A stretch of 64,000 nt of DNA from Chloroflexota bacterium. GTDB taxonomy: Bacteria > Chloroflexota > Anaerolineae > Aggregatilineales > Phototrophicaceae. Shown here in pieces: positions 36,139 to 45,143 of this stretch (the stretch's first letter is position 1; the number at the start of each line of letters is the position of its first letter). The stretch lies in NCBI GenBank assembly GCA_011523515.1, contig WTGO01000069.1:71890-135889 (forward strand), written 5' to 3'. The position numbers were made by a program, and so were the translations under genes. Below the pieces are notes generated by a model, which ran no database searches, had not been told where the DNA came from, and was given only the letters and a program-made list of their open reading frames with translations.

Positions 36139-37587
36139 CTATATCCCCATGGCGCTGCCAAGGGCGCCGCATGCCGGGCAGCCGCCATCGGGTCGTATCA
36201 TCGCGTAGCCGGCCTGCGGATCGGCTCCAAAGGCGGTGAAGTTCACATTCCATACGATCATTATGCTAACGTAGCCCGAGCCACGAGCAACGTTGACCGC
36301 GCCCGCGAGCCAGGACGCTTGCTCGGCCAACGAATTGCCGTTGGCCCAGGCAAACCTCTGAGGTAGGGCTCCCAAACCCTCGCCGGTGAGATAGCCGAGT
36401 TCGGTAAAGCAGAGCGGCTTCGACGGAAACGCGCCGCGGTAGACGCTCATCATGCTGGGCAAATACCAAGAGTAATGCCCGGCACTGCCGACCGGCGCCC
36501 CGCTGGTGGCGGTCGGCGGTACAGCGCCGGCGTTGTAGTGAACGCCCACGCAGTCCAGGTAGTTGGCTGCGCCTGCTTGGGCCATTTGCGCCACAAATGT
36601 GTTGTCGTTGCAGCCTCCGTCTTCGCAGCCAGTTGCCGAAAAGCCCGTTGGCGCCGGCGCGCCGCTGATTACGATTGTGGCTGGATTGGCGGCTTTGATG
36701 GCTTGGTAGGCTGCCTGTAAGAGACGTGTATACGAGGTTCCGTTGATCTGTCCCGCGGGCCACTCGTGCTGAATATTCGGCTCGTTCCACACCTCAATAG
36801 CGTCGGCGCCCAGACTGGCCAAATGCGCCACATATTCGGCGAATACCTTGACATAACCATCAAAGTCGGACGCCAGATTGTTCTTGTTGCCCAAAGCGCC
36901 CAGCAGCACCTTGAAGCCCTGGCCATGCGCTTGAGCGATAATATCCCTGCCATCGGATACGCCGTGCCTTACTTGCTTTTTGACCCAGGTCATCCCGGCA
37001 CTACGCATCGCGTTTGTGGCCGCCCCATCCAGGCCGACGATGTGGCCGCCCAAGGCGAAGCCGCCAACGTTTGCTGTGCTGGCGGCGACAGCCTGCGCCG
37101 CTTCACCTTCTCCCTCGCTCGCTTCCGCGGCCGGCGCCGGGGCGGGCGCGTAACGCGGTGGGATGAGCGCCTCGTCACAAATGACCGTGTCTTGCAGGTC
37201 GTAGCTGACGCGCGCCTGGTGAGCTTGCCCGGCGGTTGTATCAAACGTAAAGGTCCAGCCAAAGAGTATGTGATCGCGTTTCTGGCCAATCGGCACACTG
37301 TCTGTACAATTGTCAATGCCAAACGTCTGGTACAAGTTGAGGCTTGCCCGGCTGCTCCAGTCATCTTCGTAGAATCGCCAGCGCCGTAGACGCATGGTCT
37401 CGCCAATATCCTCCTCGATAAGTTCTCGCGCGAGCTCCATCGCGCGCCGAACCGGGCTGACAGTTGGCTGCTCAGCTTGGCTGTCGTCTTGCGCCATTGC
37501 TGGCGCGGCCGCGCCTAGCATTAGCAGAATCAATAGAATGACGCCCATTTGCATGACCACTGCCGGTTTACAGGTTTTGGATCGCAT
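36139..37587 (-). CDS. secreted clan GH-A (GH5-like) glycoside hydrolase with unknown N-terminal domain
   Basis: Signal peptide ...MQMGVILLILLMLGAAAPAMAQDD. Ala/Pro/Glu linker. TIM-barrel motifs IEVWNEPN (acid/base NEP) and CFTELGY (nucleophile Glu) about 125 aa apart. Confidence 0.65.
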   Translation of the reverse strand: MRSKTCKPAVVMQMGVILLILLMLGAAAPAMAQDDSQAEQPTVSPVRRAMELARELIEEDIGETMRLRRWRFYEDDWSSRASLNLYQTFGIDNCTDSVPIGQKRDHILFGWTFTFDTTAGQAHQARVSYDLQDTVICDEALIPPRYAPAPAPAAEASEGEGEAAQAVAASTANVGGFALGGHIVGLDGAATNAMRSAGMTWVKKQVRHGVSDGRDIIAQAHGQGFKVLLGALGNKNNLASDFDGYVKVFAEYVAHLASLGADAIEVWNEPNIQHEWPAGQINGTSYTRLLQAAYQAIKAANPATIVISGAPAPTGFSATGCEDGGCNDNTFVAQMAQAGAANYLDCVGVHYNAGAVPPTATSGAPVGSAGHYSWYLPSMMSVYRGAFPSKPLCFTELGYLTGEGLGALPQRFAWANGNSLAEQASWLAGAVNVARGSGYVSIMIVWNVNFTAFGADPQAGYAMIRPDGGCPACGALGSAMGI

Positions 37588-37765
37588 AGCGTTTTTCGTC
37601 CGACTCCAAGTTTATATCGACCAAAAGCATAGCGAAATTGATTGAGATTGCCATAGTATCTTTTCGCTCCTCGGTTATTCTTAGGCGTAGCGCGGGTTTC
37701 GGCGAGTATGCCTACTCCGTGCGTGACGTTGACTTTCACTGCGGGCCAGCGTAGAGGACCGGGCC

Positions 37766-39343
37766 TCAGTCGCGCGGAATCGTGAAATAGAATGTCGAGC
37801 CGTTGCCGACCTGGCTCTTCACCGAAATTCCGCCGCCATGCGCCTCAACAATGGCCTTGACCAGATAGAGCCCGAGGCCGGTGCCCGGCGTTCGCCGCGC
37901 GATTGTATTGTCTATTCGATAGAAGCGGTCAAAGACTCGCTCGAGTTCGTCTGTCGGGATGCCGTCGCCCTCGTCCCGTACAAAAACGGTGACGCTACGC
38001 CGGCTAAAGCGCCCGCCAACTGTGATCGTTTTGTCGCGCGGCGAATACTTGATGGCGTTGGTCAGCAAATTGTCTATCACCTGGCGCAAGCGCGTTTCGT
38101 CACCCAGGATCGTGGGAAAGTTGTCCGGAAAACTCAGCACAATGTCTTGTGCCGACTGGCTCTCGAGCCGGGCGGCGGACCTCGCCGCCACGACGCTTAG
38201 ATCGACATCGGCTTTGTTGAGCTGCAACTCCCTTGCGGACTGAATCTTGCTGGCGGTGAGCAGGTCTTCGACGAGGTCCGTCAGGCGGTCGGACTCGTCC
38301 TCGATGATCGCCATTTTCTCGCGGATAACATCGCGCTCCCACTCGACATCGTCGCGGCCCAGCGTGCTGGCATAGCCCTTGATGATGGCTATCGGCGTTC
38401 GCAGTTCGTGATGCACAGTGGAAATAAAGACGGACTGCATTTCCTGCGCCTTTCGCATGTTAGTAATGTCGCGCACATTGGCGATAATGCTCTCTAGTTT
38501 GAAATCGCCATTCAGCAGCGGAGCATAGGTTATGCCGATTCCAAGCGGCATGCCGTCCTGGCGGATCAAGTCGCCTTCGACATAAATAGTATCGTTGGCC
38601 GGATTTGCCACAGCCGCTCCAGGCCAACCGGTCGCCATGGCTTCTTCCAAGTCCGGGCCCTCGCGCCTGTCCCAGACGATAACTTCGCGCTTGGGCAAGT
38701 GGATCAAGTCTGCTTTGCGCCAGCCGGAGATGCGCGCAAATGAATCGTTGGCTTGCTGGATCGTGAGATCCGGGTCGAGAATCAAGACCCCGTCGCCGCT
38801 GCTGTTGATGATGGCTTCCAGGCGCTGATGTTCGTGCTTTATGTCGCCGTAAAGCTGGGCGTTGTTCACCGCGATTGCGGCTTGGTCGGCGAAGCTCTGC
38901 AGGGTTGTCAGGTCTTCCGGAGTGATGGTGGTCTGGTAAGAACGGAAGACGATCAGCAGCCCCAACGGATTCCGCGCAAATACCAGCGGCATGGCGATGG
39001 ATTGCGCAAGGCGCGTGTCAATGGCATCGGCCATTTCTCGCAATTTGGTATTGAGAAATTCGCGACTGAAGCCTTCAGCGTCGCCCGGGTCCATCAACTC
39101 TTGCAGCTTGATGTTGAGTTCAGGCACCGTATCCGCGGCGATTCCACTGAAGGCGCGAACGTAGAATTTGCCATCGCTCTTGTTGCTGAGGGCGACGATG
39201 CCGACGCGCCCGGCCAACATTACCAGCGAAGCGTGCAGCACGCGCCGTAACACTTCGCTCAAGTCCAGCTGGGCCGTGATCGCGCGCGTGATTTCCAGCA
39301 GAAAATCGCGCTGCTGCGTACGTAAGTCGGGGCGCATCAACAT
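37766..39343 (-). CDS. cytoplasmic sensor histidine kinase (GAF-PAS-HisKA-HATPase_c)
   Basis: H-box STVHHELRTPIAIIKGYAS, N-box LLTNAIKYSP, G-boxes VRDEGDGIP and GTGLGLYLV. No TM segment. N-terminal GAF-like and PAS-like regions. Confidence 0.85.
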   Translation of the reverse strand: MLMRPDLRTQQRDFLLEITRAITAQLDLSEVLRRVLHASLVMLAGRVGIVALSNKSDGKFYVRAFSGIAADTVPELNIKLQELMDPGDAEGFSREFLNTKLREMADAIDTRLAQSIAMPLVFARNPLGLLIVFRSYQTTITPEDLTTLQSFADQAAIAVNNAQLYGDIKHEHQRLEAIINSSGDGVLILDPDLTIQQANDSFARISGWRKADLIHLPKREVIVWDRREGPDLEEAMATGWPGAAVANPANDTIYVEGDLIRQDGMPLGIGITYAPLLNGDFKLESIIANVRDITNMRKAQEMQSVFISTVHHELRTPIAIIKGYASTLGRDDVEWERDVIREKMAIIEDESDRLTDLVEDLLTASKIQSARELQLNKADVDLSVVAARSAARLESQSAQDIVLSFPDNFPTILGDETRLRQVIDNLLTNAIKYSPRDKTITVGGRFSRRSVTVFVRDEGDGIPTDELERVFDRFYRIDNTIARRTPGTGLGLYLVKAIVEAHGGGISVKSQVGNGSTFYFTIPRD

Positions 39344-39408
39344 AGCTGAATTGTATCACGCTCCTGCATGGCCGCGCGTGGGATAAGCCATCGGCGAGCC
39401 GGCGCGGA

Positions 39409-40386
39409 TCAGAAGCGCCGGTCCAGTTCGCTGATGTCGATGTTTCCGCCTGCGGTCGCGGCCAGCGCGGCCGCGCCTACCAGGGCGACATCGTCGCCCA
39501 GCGCCGATTTTTCGATGCGCAAGTCCTTGACAAATGCGCCATCAAGGATGTGGTCGGCGACGGCTTGGCGCATGGGGGCGAAAAGCAGCTCGCCGGTCTT
39601 GGTCACACCGCCGCCGACTACGACTACCTCTGGATTGAACAGGAGCACAGCCGTGACGATCGCCATCCCGATCATACGCCCGGCATAAGCCAGAATGCTG
39701 ATGGCCAGGCCATCACCCGCCGCCGCCGCTCTGCCGACTGCCTTGGCGTCAATGCGTTCCAGATCGCCGTCAACCATCTTCAGCGCGAGCGACACGGCGC
39801 CAGACGCCAGGGCGGCGCGGGCGCGGCGCGCGATGGCGGGTCCGGCGGCTTCCAGTTCGATGGAAGAGACGCGGTCATGCTCCACGATGATCGGAATATG
39901 CCCGAGCTCGGCAGCCAAACCAGCGCGGCCCGAAACCAGCCGGCCTTCGCTGATGATGCCGGAACCAATGCCCGTGCTTACGGTGATGTAGACCACGTGA
40001 CGACAGCCTTTGGCCGCGCCCTTGGATGCCTCGGCCAAAGCCGCCACGTTGGCGTCGTTGCCGACATACACCGGCAGCTTGAATTCGTCCGCGATCATGG
40101 CGCCCAGCGGTACATTGTCCCAGCCGGGCAGGTTGGGCGGGGCGATGACCACGCCGGTCTTGGGGTTCAGCGGACCCGGCGAGGATATGCCTATGCCCAG
40201 GACTTCATCGCGATCGGCGGGCATGACCCGGTGAATATAGGCTTTCATCCGCTCCACCGCCGTCTGCGGACCCAATTCCGCCCGGGTAAGCGTATTCTCC
40301 CGCCGCAACAAATTGAGGTCGCTGTCGTAGCGAGCTGTGCGAATCTGCGTACCGCCCAGGTCCACCGCGATGATCTGTTTTCCCAT
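39409..40386 (-). CDS. ROK-family sugar kinase (glucokinase-like), lacking the Cys zinc motif
   Basis: IIAVDLGGTQIR, VGNDANVAALAE, TVSTGIGSGII, ELGHIPI. Start chosen at ATG 40386 (GGAG 8 nt upstream). TTG 40425 and ATG 40413 are alternatives. Confidence 0.75.
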   Translation of the reverse strand: MGKQIIAVDLGGTQIRTARYDSDLNLLRRENTLTRAELGPQTAVERMKAYIHRVMPADRDEVLGIGISSPGPLNPKTGVVIAPPNLPGWDNVPLGAMIADEFKLPVYVGNDANVAALAEASKGAAKGCRHVVYITVSTGIGSGIISEGRLVSGRAGLAAELGHIPIIVEHDRVSSIELEAAGPAIARRARAALASGAVSLALKMVDGDLERIDAKAVGRAAAAGDGLAISILAYAGRMIGMAIVTAVLLFNPEVVVVGGGVTKTGELLFAPMRQAVADHILDGAFVKDLRIEKSALGDDVALVGAAALAATAGGNIDISELDRRF

Positions 40387-40512
40387 CAAGCGAACTCCAC
40401 GGATCCAGGCCATTTTGTCCGACAAATGCCGACGACCGGCCCCGCCATTGTGAAGGGCGCGGGCACGGCATTTTCAGGCGAGACATGCAATAGAACATTT
40501 CTGCTATTGCGC

Positions 40513-40541
40513 TTGTAGGCGCGAATTGACGCTGATAGAAT
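40513..40541 (+). promoter_or_regulatory. candidate promoter TTGTAG-N17-TAGAAT upstream of mutS
   Basis: TTGTAG (40513-40518), 17-nt spacer, TAGAAT (40536-40541). 56 nt upstream of ATG 40598. Confidence 0.3.
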
Positions 40542-40597
40542 AACATGGATCAGCTCGAAAATTAAGCGCGGCAGCGCAGCAACACTGGGACGACCAC

Positions 40598-43201
40598 ATG
40601 ACGCGTGTCACGCCGATGCGGCGGCAGTATCTCGAAATCAAAAGCCAATATCCCGACTGCATCCTCATGTTCCGCATGGGCGACTTCTACGAGATGTTTG
40701 ATGAAGATGCTGAAGTGGCGGCGCGCGAACTCGACATTACGCTGACCTCGCGCGCGCAGCGCAAAGGCGGCGAAAAGATCCCTATGGCCGGCGTGCCTTA
40801 CCATTCGGTCGATGGTTATATCGCCAAGCTGATCGAAAAGGGCTTCCACGTGGCCGTCTGCGATCAGGTAACCGAACCGACCGGCCGCGGCATTGTCGAG
40901 CGCGAGGTCACAAGGGTGATGACGCCCGGAACCGTGGTCGAGCCGGCGCTGCTGGAAGACGGCAAGTCCAACTACTTGATGGCGATCTTGCCAATCGGCG
41001 ATCCGGAATCCGGGACCTGGCGCCGCTGTGGCATCGCCTTTTCCGATGTCTCCACCGGCGAATTTTGCGCTACACAATTTACCGGCGAAGATGTCGGTAT
41101 CCGGGCCTTTGAAGAACTGGCGCGGGTCGAACCGCGAGAAGTTATCATGCCCGAGAGCTGGGTAGGGCGGGGCGCAACCTTGCCGGAAGGCATTCATCTA
41201 AGCGCCGCGCAGGACTGGACCTTCGAAGTCGACGGCGCTGAACAGCTACTGCTGGATCACTTCCGCGTTACAAGCCTCGCTGGCTTTGGCCTGGATGAAC
41301 AGCAGGACGCGGTCGCGGCGGCCGGCGGTGTATTGCAGTATTTGCGCACAACCCAGAAGCGGGCGCTTGACCAGATAGTGACGCTGCGCGCCTACTCGAC
41401 CGATTCCTTCATGGTGCTCGATCAATTTACGCGTCGCAACCTCGAACTGGTGGAAACCATTCGCGGCGGCAAGGCGCGCGGCAGCTTGCTGGGCATACTG
41501 GATCGTACCGTGACGCCGATGGGCAAGCGCCTGCTGCGCAAATGGCTCAACGAGCCGCTGCTGGAGATAAAACGACTGAATGCCCGGCTCGATGCGGTAG
41601 AAGCCTTGAGCGCCGGCGATGTCATGCGCGCCGAGATTGCTCAGGCGCTGAAACCGGTGGCGGATGTCGAGCGGCTCGCAAATCGCACTGTCATGGGTCG
41701 CGCCGGACCGCGCGAGCTGATTGGGCTAAAATCCGCTCTCGCCGTTATTCCGCGCTTGCGCGAACTGATTGAAGACACGCCAAGCCTAAATGCTATCGCT
41801 GAGAGGCTCGATCCCTGCGAGCAAGTGCATGAGCTGATCTCGCGGGCTATCATTGATGATCCGCCGACGGCTCTGAATGCCATCGGCGTCATTCGCGCGG
41901 GCTATTCGCCTGAGCTGGACGCCATCGCCAGCGCCTCGCAAGACGCGCGCGACTGGATAGCCAACCTGGAGTCGCAGGAGCGGAACCGTACCGGTATCCC
42001 CAGCATTAAAGTGAGCTACAACAAGGTATTCGGCTACTACATCGAAGTCACCCATGCGCATAGGGACAAGGTGCCCGACGACTACCTGCGTAAGCAGACC
42101 CTGGTCAATGCCGAGCGCTATATCACGCCGGAATTAAAGGAATACGAATCACGGGTGTTGAGCGCCGAGGAAGAAATCCTGGCGACAGAGCGGCAGCTTT
42201 TCGCTGATTTATGCGGAATCGTAGGCGCGCAGAGCGAACGACTTCTCAAAACCGCCAATGCAATCGCGCACCTGGACGGGTTTTTGTCGCTGGCGGAGGT
42301 GGCTGTGCGGGAAGGCTACGCGCGACCGACGCTGAGCGAAGACAAGATCCTGGAAATCGAAGCGGGACGCCATCCGGTGGTTGAGAAACTGCTCGAGCGT
42401 TCAACGCGTTATGTCGCCAACGACAGCCGCTTTGACCTGACTTCGCGGATTCATATCATCACCGGTCCCAACATGTCGGGCAAATCGACCTATATTCGCC
42501 AGGTGGCGCTTATCACACTGATGGCGCAGATCGGCAGCTTCGTGCCGGCGGACTCGGCTAGAATCGGCCTGGTTGATCGCATCTTCGCGCGTATCGGCGC
42601 CCAAGACGAAATCCACGCCGGCCAGAGCACCTTCATGGTGGAAATGGTGGAGACAGCGCGGCTGCTCTCCGGCAGCAGCCCGCGCAGCCTGCTGATCCTC
42701 GACGAGATCGGCCGCGGCACCTCGACCTACGACGGCATGGCCATCGCGCGCTCAGTCATCGAGTTCATCCATAACAATCCCCGCTTGAATTGCCGGACGC
42801 TCTTCGCCACCCATTACCATGAGCTGACGGAGCTGCCCAATATTTTGCCGCGTACCACCAACTATAATGTTGCCGTGGCCGAGCAGGGCGATGACATTGT
42901 GTTCTTGCATCGTGTGTTGCCCGGCGGCGCTGATCAGAGTTATGGCGTGCACGTGGCGCAGTTGGCCGGCATGCCGCGCTCTGTGGTCGAGCGGGCGCGC
43001 GAATTGCTGCAGCAACTGGAAGCCGGCGGCAGCGATTTCGCAGTCTTCAGACCCAAGCCGCAGCACCAGCAGTTCAGCTTTTTTGACGCGCCGGAGAGTC
43101 CCGTAGTAGGGACCCTGCGCTCGCTCGAAGTGGATGACCTTAGCCCGCTGGAAGCCTTGACCGCGCTCTATGAATTGAAGCGAATGTTGGCGGAGGCTTA
43201 A
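40598..43201 (+). CDS. mutS: DNA mismatch repair protein MutS
   Basis: TPMRRQYLEIKSQYPDCILMFRMGDFYEMF mismatch-binding N-terminus, Walker A GPNMSGKST, LLILDEIGRGTSTYDG, FATHYHELT. Confidence 0.95.
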   Translation: MTRVTPMRRQYLEIKSQYPDCILMFRMGDFYEMFDEDAEVAARELDITLTSRAQRKGGEKIPMAGVPYHSVDGYIAKLIEKGFHVAVCDQVTEPTGRGIVEREVTRVMTPGTVVEPALLEDGKSNYLMAILPIGDPESGTWRRCGIAFSDVSTGEFCATQFTGEDVGIRAFEELARVEPREVIMPESWVGRGATLPEGIHLSAAQDWTFEVDGAEQLLLDHFRVTSLAGFGLDEQQDAVAAAGGVLQYLRTTQKRALDQIVTLRAYSTDSFMVLDQFTRRNLELVETIRGGKARGSLLGILDRTVTPMGKRLLRKWLNEPLLEIKRLNARLDAVEALSAGDVMRAEIAQALKPVADVERLANRTVMGRAGPRELIGLKSALAVIPRLRELIEDTPSLNAIAERLDPCEQVHELISRAIIDDPPTALNAIGVIRAGYSPELDAIASASQDARDWIANLESQERNRTGIPSIKVSYNKVFGYYIEVTHAHRDKVPDDYLRKQTLVNAERYITPELKEYESRVLSAEEEILATERQLFADLCGIVGAQSERLLKTANAIAHLDGFLSLAEVAVREGYARPTLSEDKILEIEAGRHPVVEKLLERSTRYVANDSRFDLTSRIHIITGPNMSGKSTYIRQVALITLMAQIGSFVPADSARIGLVDRIFARIGAQDEIHAGQSTFMVEMVETARLLSGSSPRSLLILDEIGRGTSTYDGMAIARSVIEFIHNNPRLNCRTLFATHYHELTELPNILPRTTNYNVAVAEQGDDIVFLHRVLPGGADQSYGVHVAQLAGMPRSVVERARELLQQLEAGGSDFAVFRPKPQHQQFSFFDAPESPVVGTLRSLEVDDLSPLEALTALYELKRMLAEA

Positions 43202-43984
43202 GTGTTCGTTTTCAATACGGTCGTGATCGCGACGCATCGCCGCTCCGGCACCCAATGGGCCATTGATGCCTTGCGCAACAATAGCCCAGACATCAACGCT
43301 ACCTACATGGCGCTTGAGCAGATGGAGGCGGGCCATGACGCCGCCATCCCCCTGGCGAAATTCCGCCGGCAACTGCTCAACCATGAAGGCAAAGTGCTTA
43401 TCAATGTACACGATTTGCCCTCCGCCGAATCCTGGAGTGGCCTGGACGAGCGGCTTTTCGCGCGGACAATCTTGAATAATTCGCCGACGATTTATGTGCA
43501 TCGAGACGGGCGCGATGTGATGGTATCACTCTACTATTACATGCAGTCATTCAGCGAAACGGTGCGCAACCAGTCTTTCGCGCGTTTTCTGCGTGGCGAA
43601 TCGGCGCTGGCCGGCGTCGATAGCGGCTTCAGCCGTCCTGGATTCTGGGCGCATCATGTTAAATCATGGCTGGAAAAGGATAATCTGCTGGCGGTTTCCT
43701 ATAACGATATCGAGACCAACTATGAAGCCACTCTTCGGCGGATGGCTGACTTTCTCAACGTTTCGCTTAATCAGAGATTTGAACCGGTCAGCGCGCTTGG
43801 ACGACAGGACGATGAGAGCAAGATTGACAGCATGCTGGGCAGGCTGGGTGTTCGCCCAAGACGCGGGGATCGTCCACGAATCGGCAGAAGCGGCGATTGG
43901 CGACAGCACTTCGACAAGCGCGACCGCGCCTTCTTTATGAAAGAAGCCGGCGACATGATGCGCCGCCTGGGCTACGAGAAATAA
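43202..43984 (+). CDS. Sulfotransfer_1-type (PAPS-dependent) sulfotransferase
   Basis: 5'-PSB-like loop THRRSGTQW, 3'-PB-like VHRDGRDVMVSLYYY, C-terminal RIGRSGDWRQHFD. GTG 43202 directly follows the mutS TAA, with GGAGG (43192-43196) 5 nt upstream. Confidence 0.75.
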   Translation: MFVFNTVVIATHRRSGTQWAIDALRNNSPDINATYMALEQMEAGHDAAIPLAKFRRQLLNHEGKVLINVHDLPSAESWSGLDERLFARTILNNSPTIYVHRDGRDVMVSLYYYMQSFSETVRNQSFARFLRGESALAGVDSGFSRPGFWAHHVKSWLEKDNLLAVSYNDIETNYEATLRRMADFLNVSLNQRFEPVSALGRQDDESKIDSMLGRLGVRPRRGDRPRIGRSGDWRQHFDKRDRAFFMKEAGDMMRRLGYEK

Positions 43985-44014
43985 TCGCTGACGCCACGCT
44001 CAATGAAGACTGGT

Positions 44015-45109
44015 TTAGCTTCCCGGCGAATGCGCCGCTTCGGGCCGCGCTTCGGGAATCTGCGCTTCCGCTTCGCCGAGTATGCCTTCCGAGAGCAAAA
44101 CGCGATTGAAGGCGGTGATGGCGACCTCGATCATATCGTGGCTCGGCTCATTGGTCGTCAAGTGCTGCAGCGCCAGATTGGGCTTGATCATGAAGCGGAT
44201 CCAGGGCTTTTCAAGGTTGGCGGCGGTGTATTTCAGAAACTCGTAAGCCACGCCGGCGATAACGGGAATGAAGATAACGCGCGACAGAATCAGCAGGCCG
44301 AAAGGCGGGCGCCCAATTAACGAGAAGAGCAGCACGCTGACGAAGACGACGGTCAGCAGAAATGCGGTCCCGCAGCGCGGATGTTCAATTGGATAACGGC
44401 TGACAATCTCCGGCGTTAGTTCGTCGCCGGCCTCGTATGCGTTGATGGTTTTGTGCTCCGCGCCGTGATAAGCGAAGATGCGCCTGCCATCTGTCGTCCG
44501 GCCGACGAACCAGATATAAACCACCAGAATCGACAGCTGGACCACGCCTTCAATCAGATTGATGAGGAAGGCATCCAGGCCGATCGGCAGCGCCTCGTAG
44601 GCCAAGATATTGCTGCTCTGCGCCTCGACCACGACCTCGTTGCCCTGCTCATCGACGACGATCTCATTGGCCGCTGTGCTTAGTCCCAGCAAGTTACCGA
44701 TGCCCGTCGCCGTCGCTGTGGGCAGCAGGAAGAAGATGCCGACGCCGATGATCAGCGAGACGGCGATGGTCGCCCAGCCGATGGGACCGTTGAAGCTGAC
44801 ATCGTCTTCTTCGTCCAGGGCGACATCGGCGGACCACATCAGCGCGCGGATGCCCAGGCCCAGCGCGTCCCACAGGCCGATCAGCCCGCGCAGAAAGGGC
44901 GTGCGCGCGATGCGTCCGCGATACAGCCTGGCGCTCAGTGGCTGCTCATGGACGACGATCTGGCCTTTGGGATCGCGCGCGGCGACGGCCATGGAATGCG
45001 CGCCGCGCATCATGACGCCTTCGATGACGGCTTGGCCGCCGTATGAGAACTTTAGCTCACCCGCTTCGCGCTTGGCTGATCGCTGCAACGCAACCTCCAG
45101 TTTCGACAT
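44015..45109 (-). CDS. DUF1385 (YqhQ-like) membrane protein
   Basis: GGQAVIEGVMMRG near the N-terminus, YHGAEHKTINAYE, several TM helices. Confidence 0.75.
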   Translation of the reverse strand: MSKLEVALQRSAKREAGELKFSYGGQAVIEGVMMRGAHSMAVAARDPKGQIVVHEQPLSARLYRGRIARTPFLRGLIGLWDALGLGIRALMWSADVALDEEDDVSFNGPIGWATIAVSLIIGVGIFFLLPTATATGIGNLLGLSTAANEIVVDEQGNEVVVEAQSSNILAYEALPIGLDAFLINLIEGVVQLSILVVYIWFVGRTTDGRRIFAYHGAEHKTINAYEAGDELTPEIVSRYPIEHPRCGTAFLLTVVFVSVLLFSLIGRPPFGLLILSRVIFIPVIAGVAYEFLKYTAANLEKPWIRFMIKPNLALQHLTTNEPSHDMIEVAITAFNRVLLSEGILGEAEAQIPEARPEAAHSPGS

Positions 45110-45143
45110 AATTTGACCACTATACGACGCAGGTTAGAGCCGG

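Noticed and set aside
39409-40425. ROK kinase as the N-acetylmannosamine kinase (NanK) of a sialic-acid pathway.
   Set aside because: No nanA, nanE or sialate transporter is present, the Zn motif is absent, and the sequence gives no specificity information. Only a generic ROK kinase call is justified.
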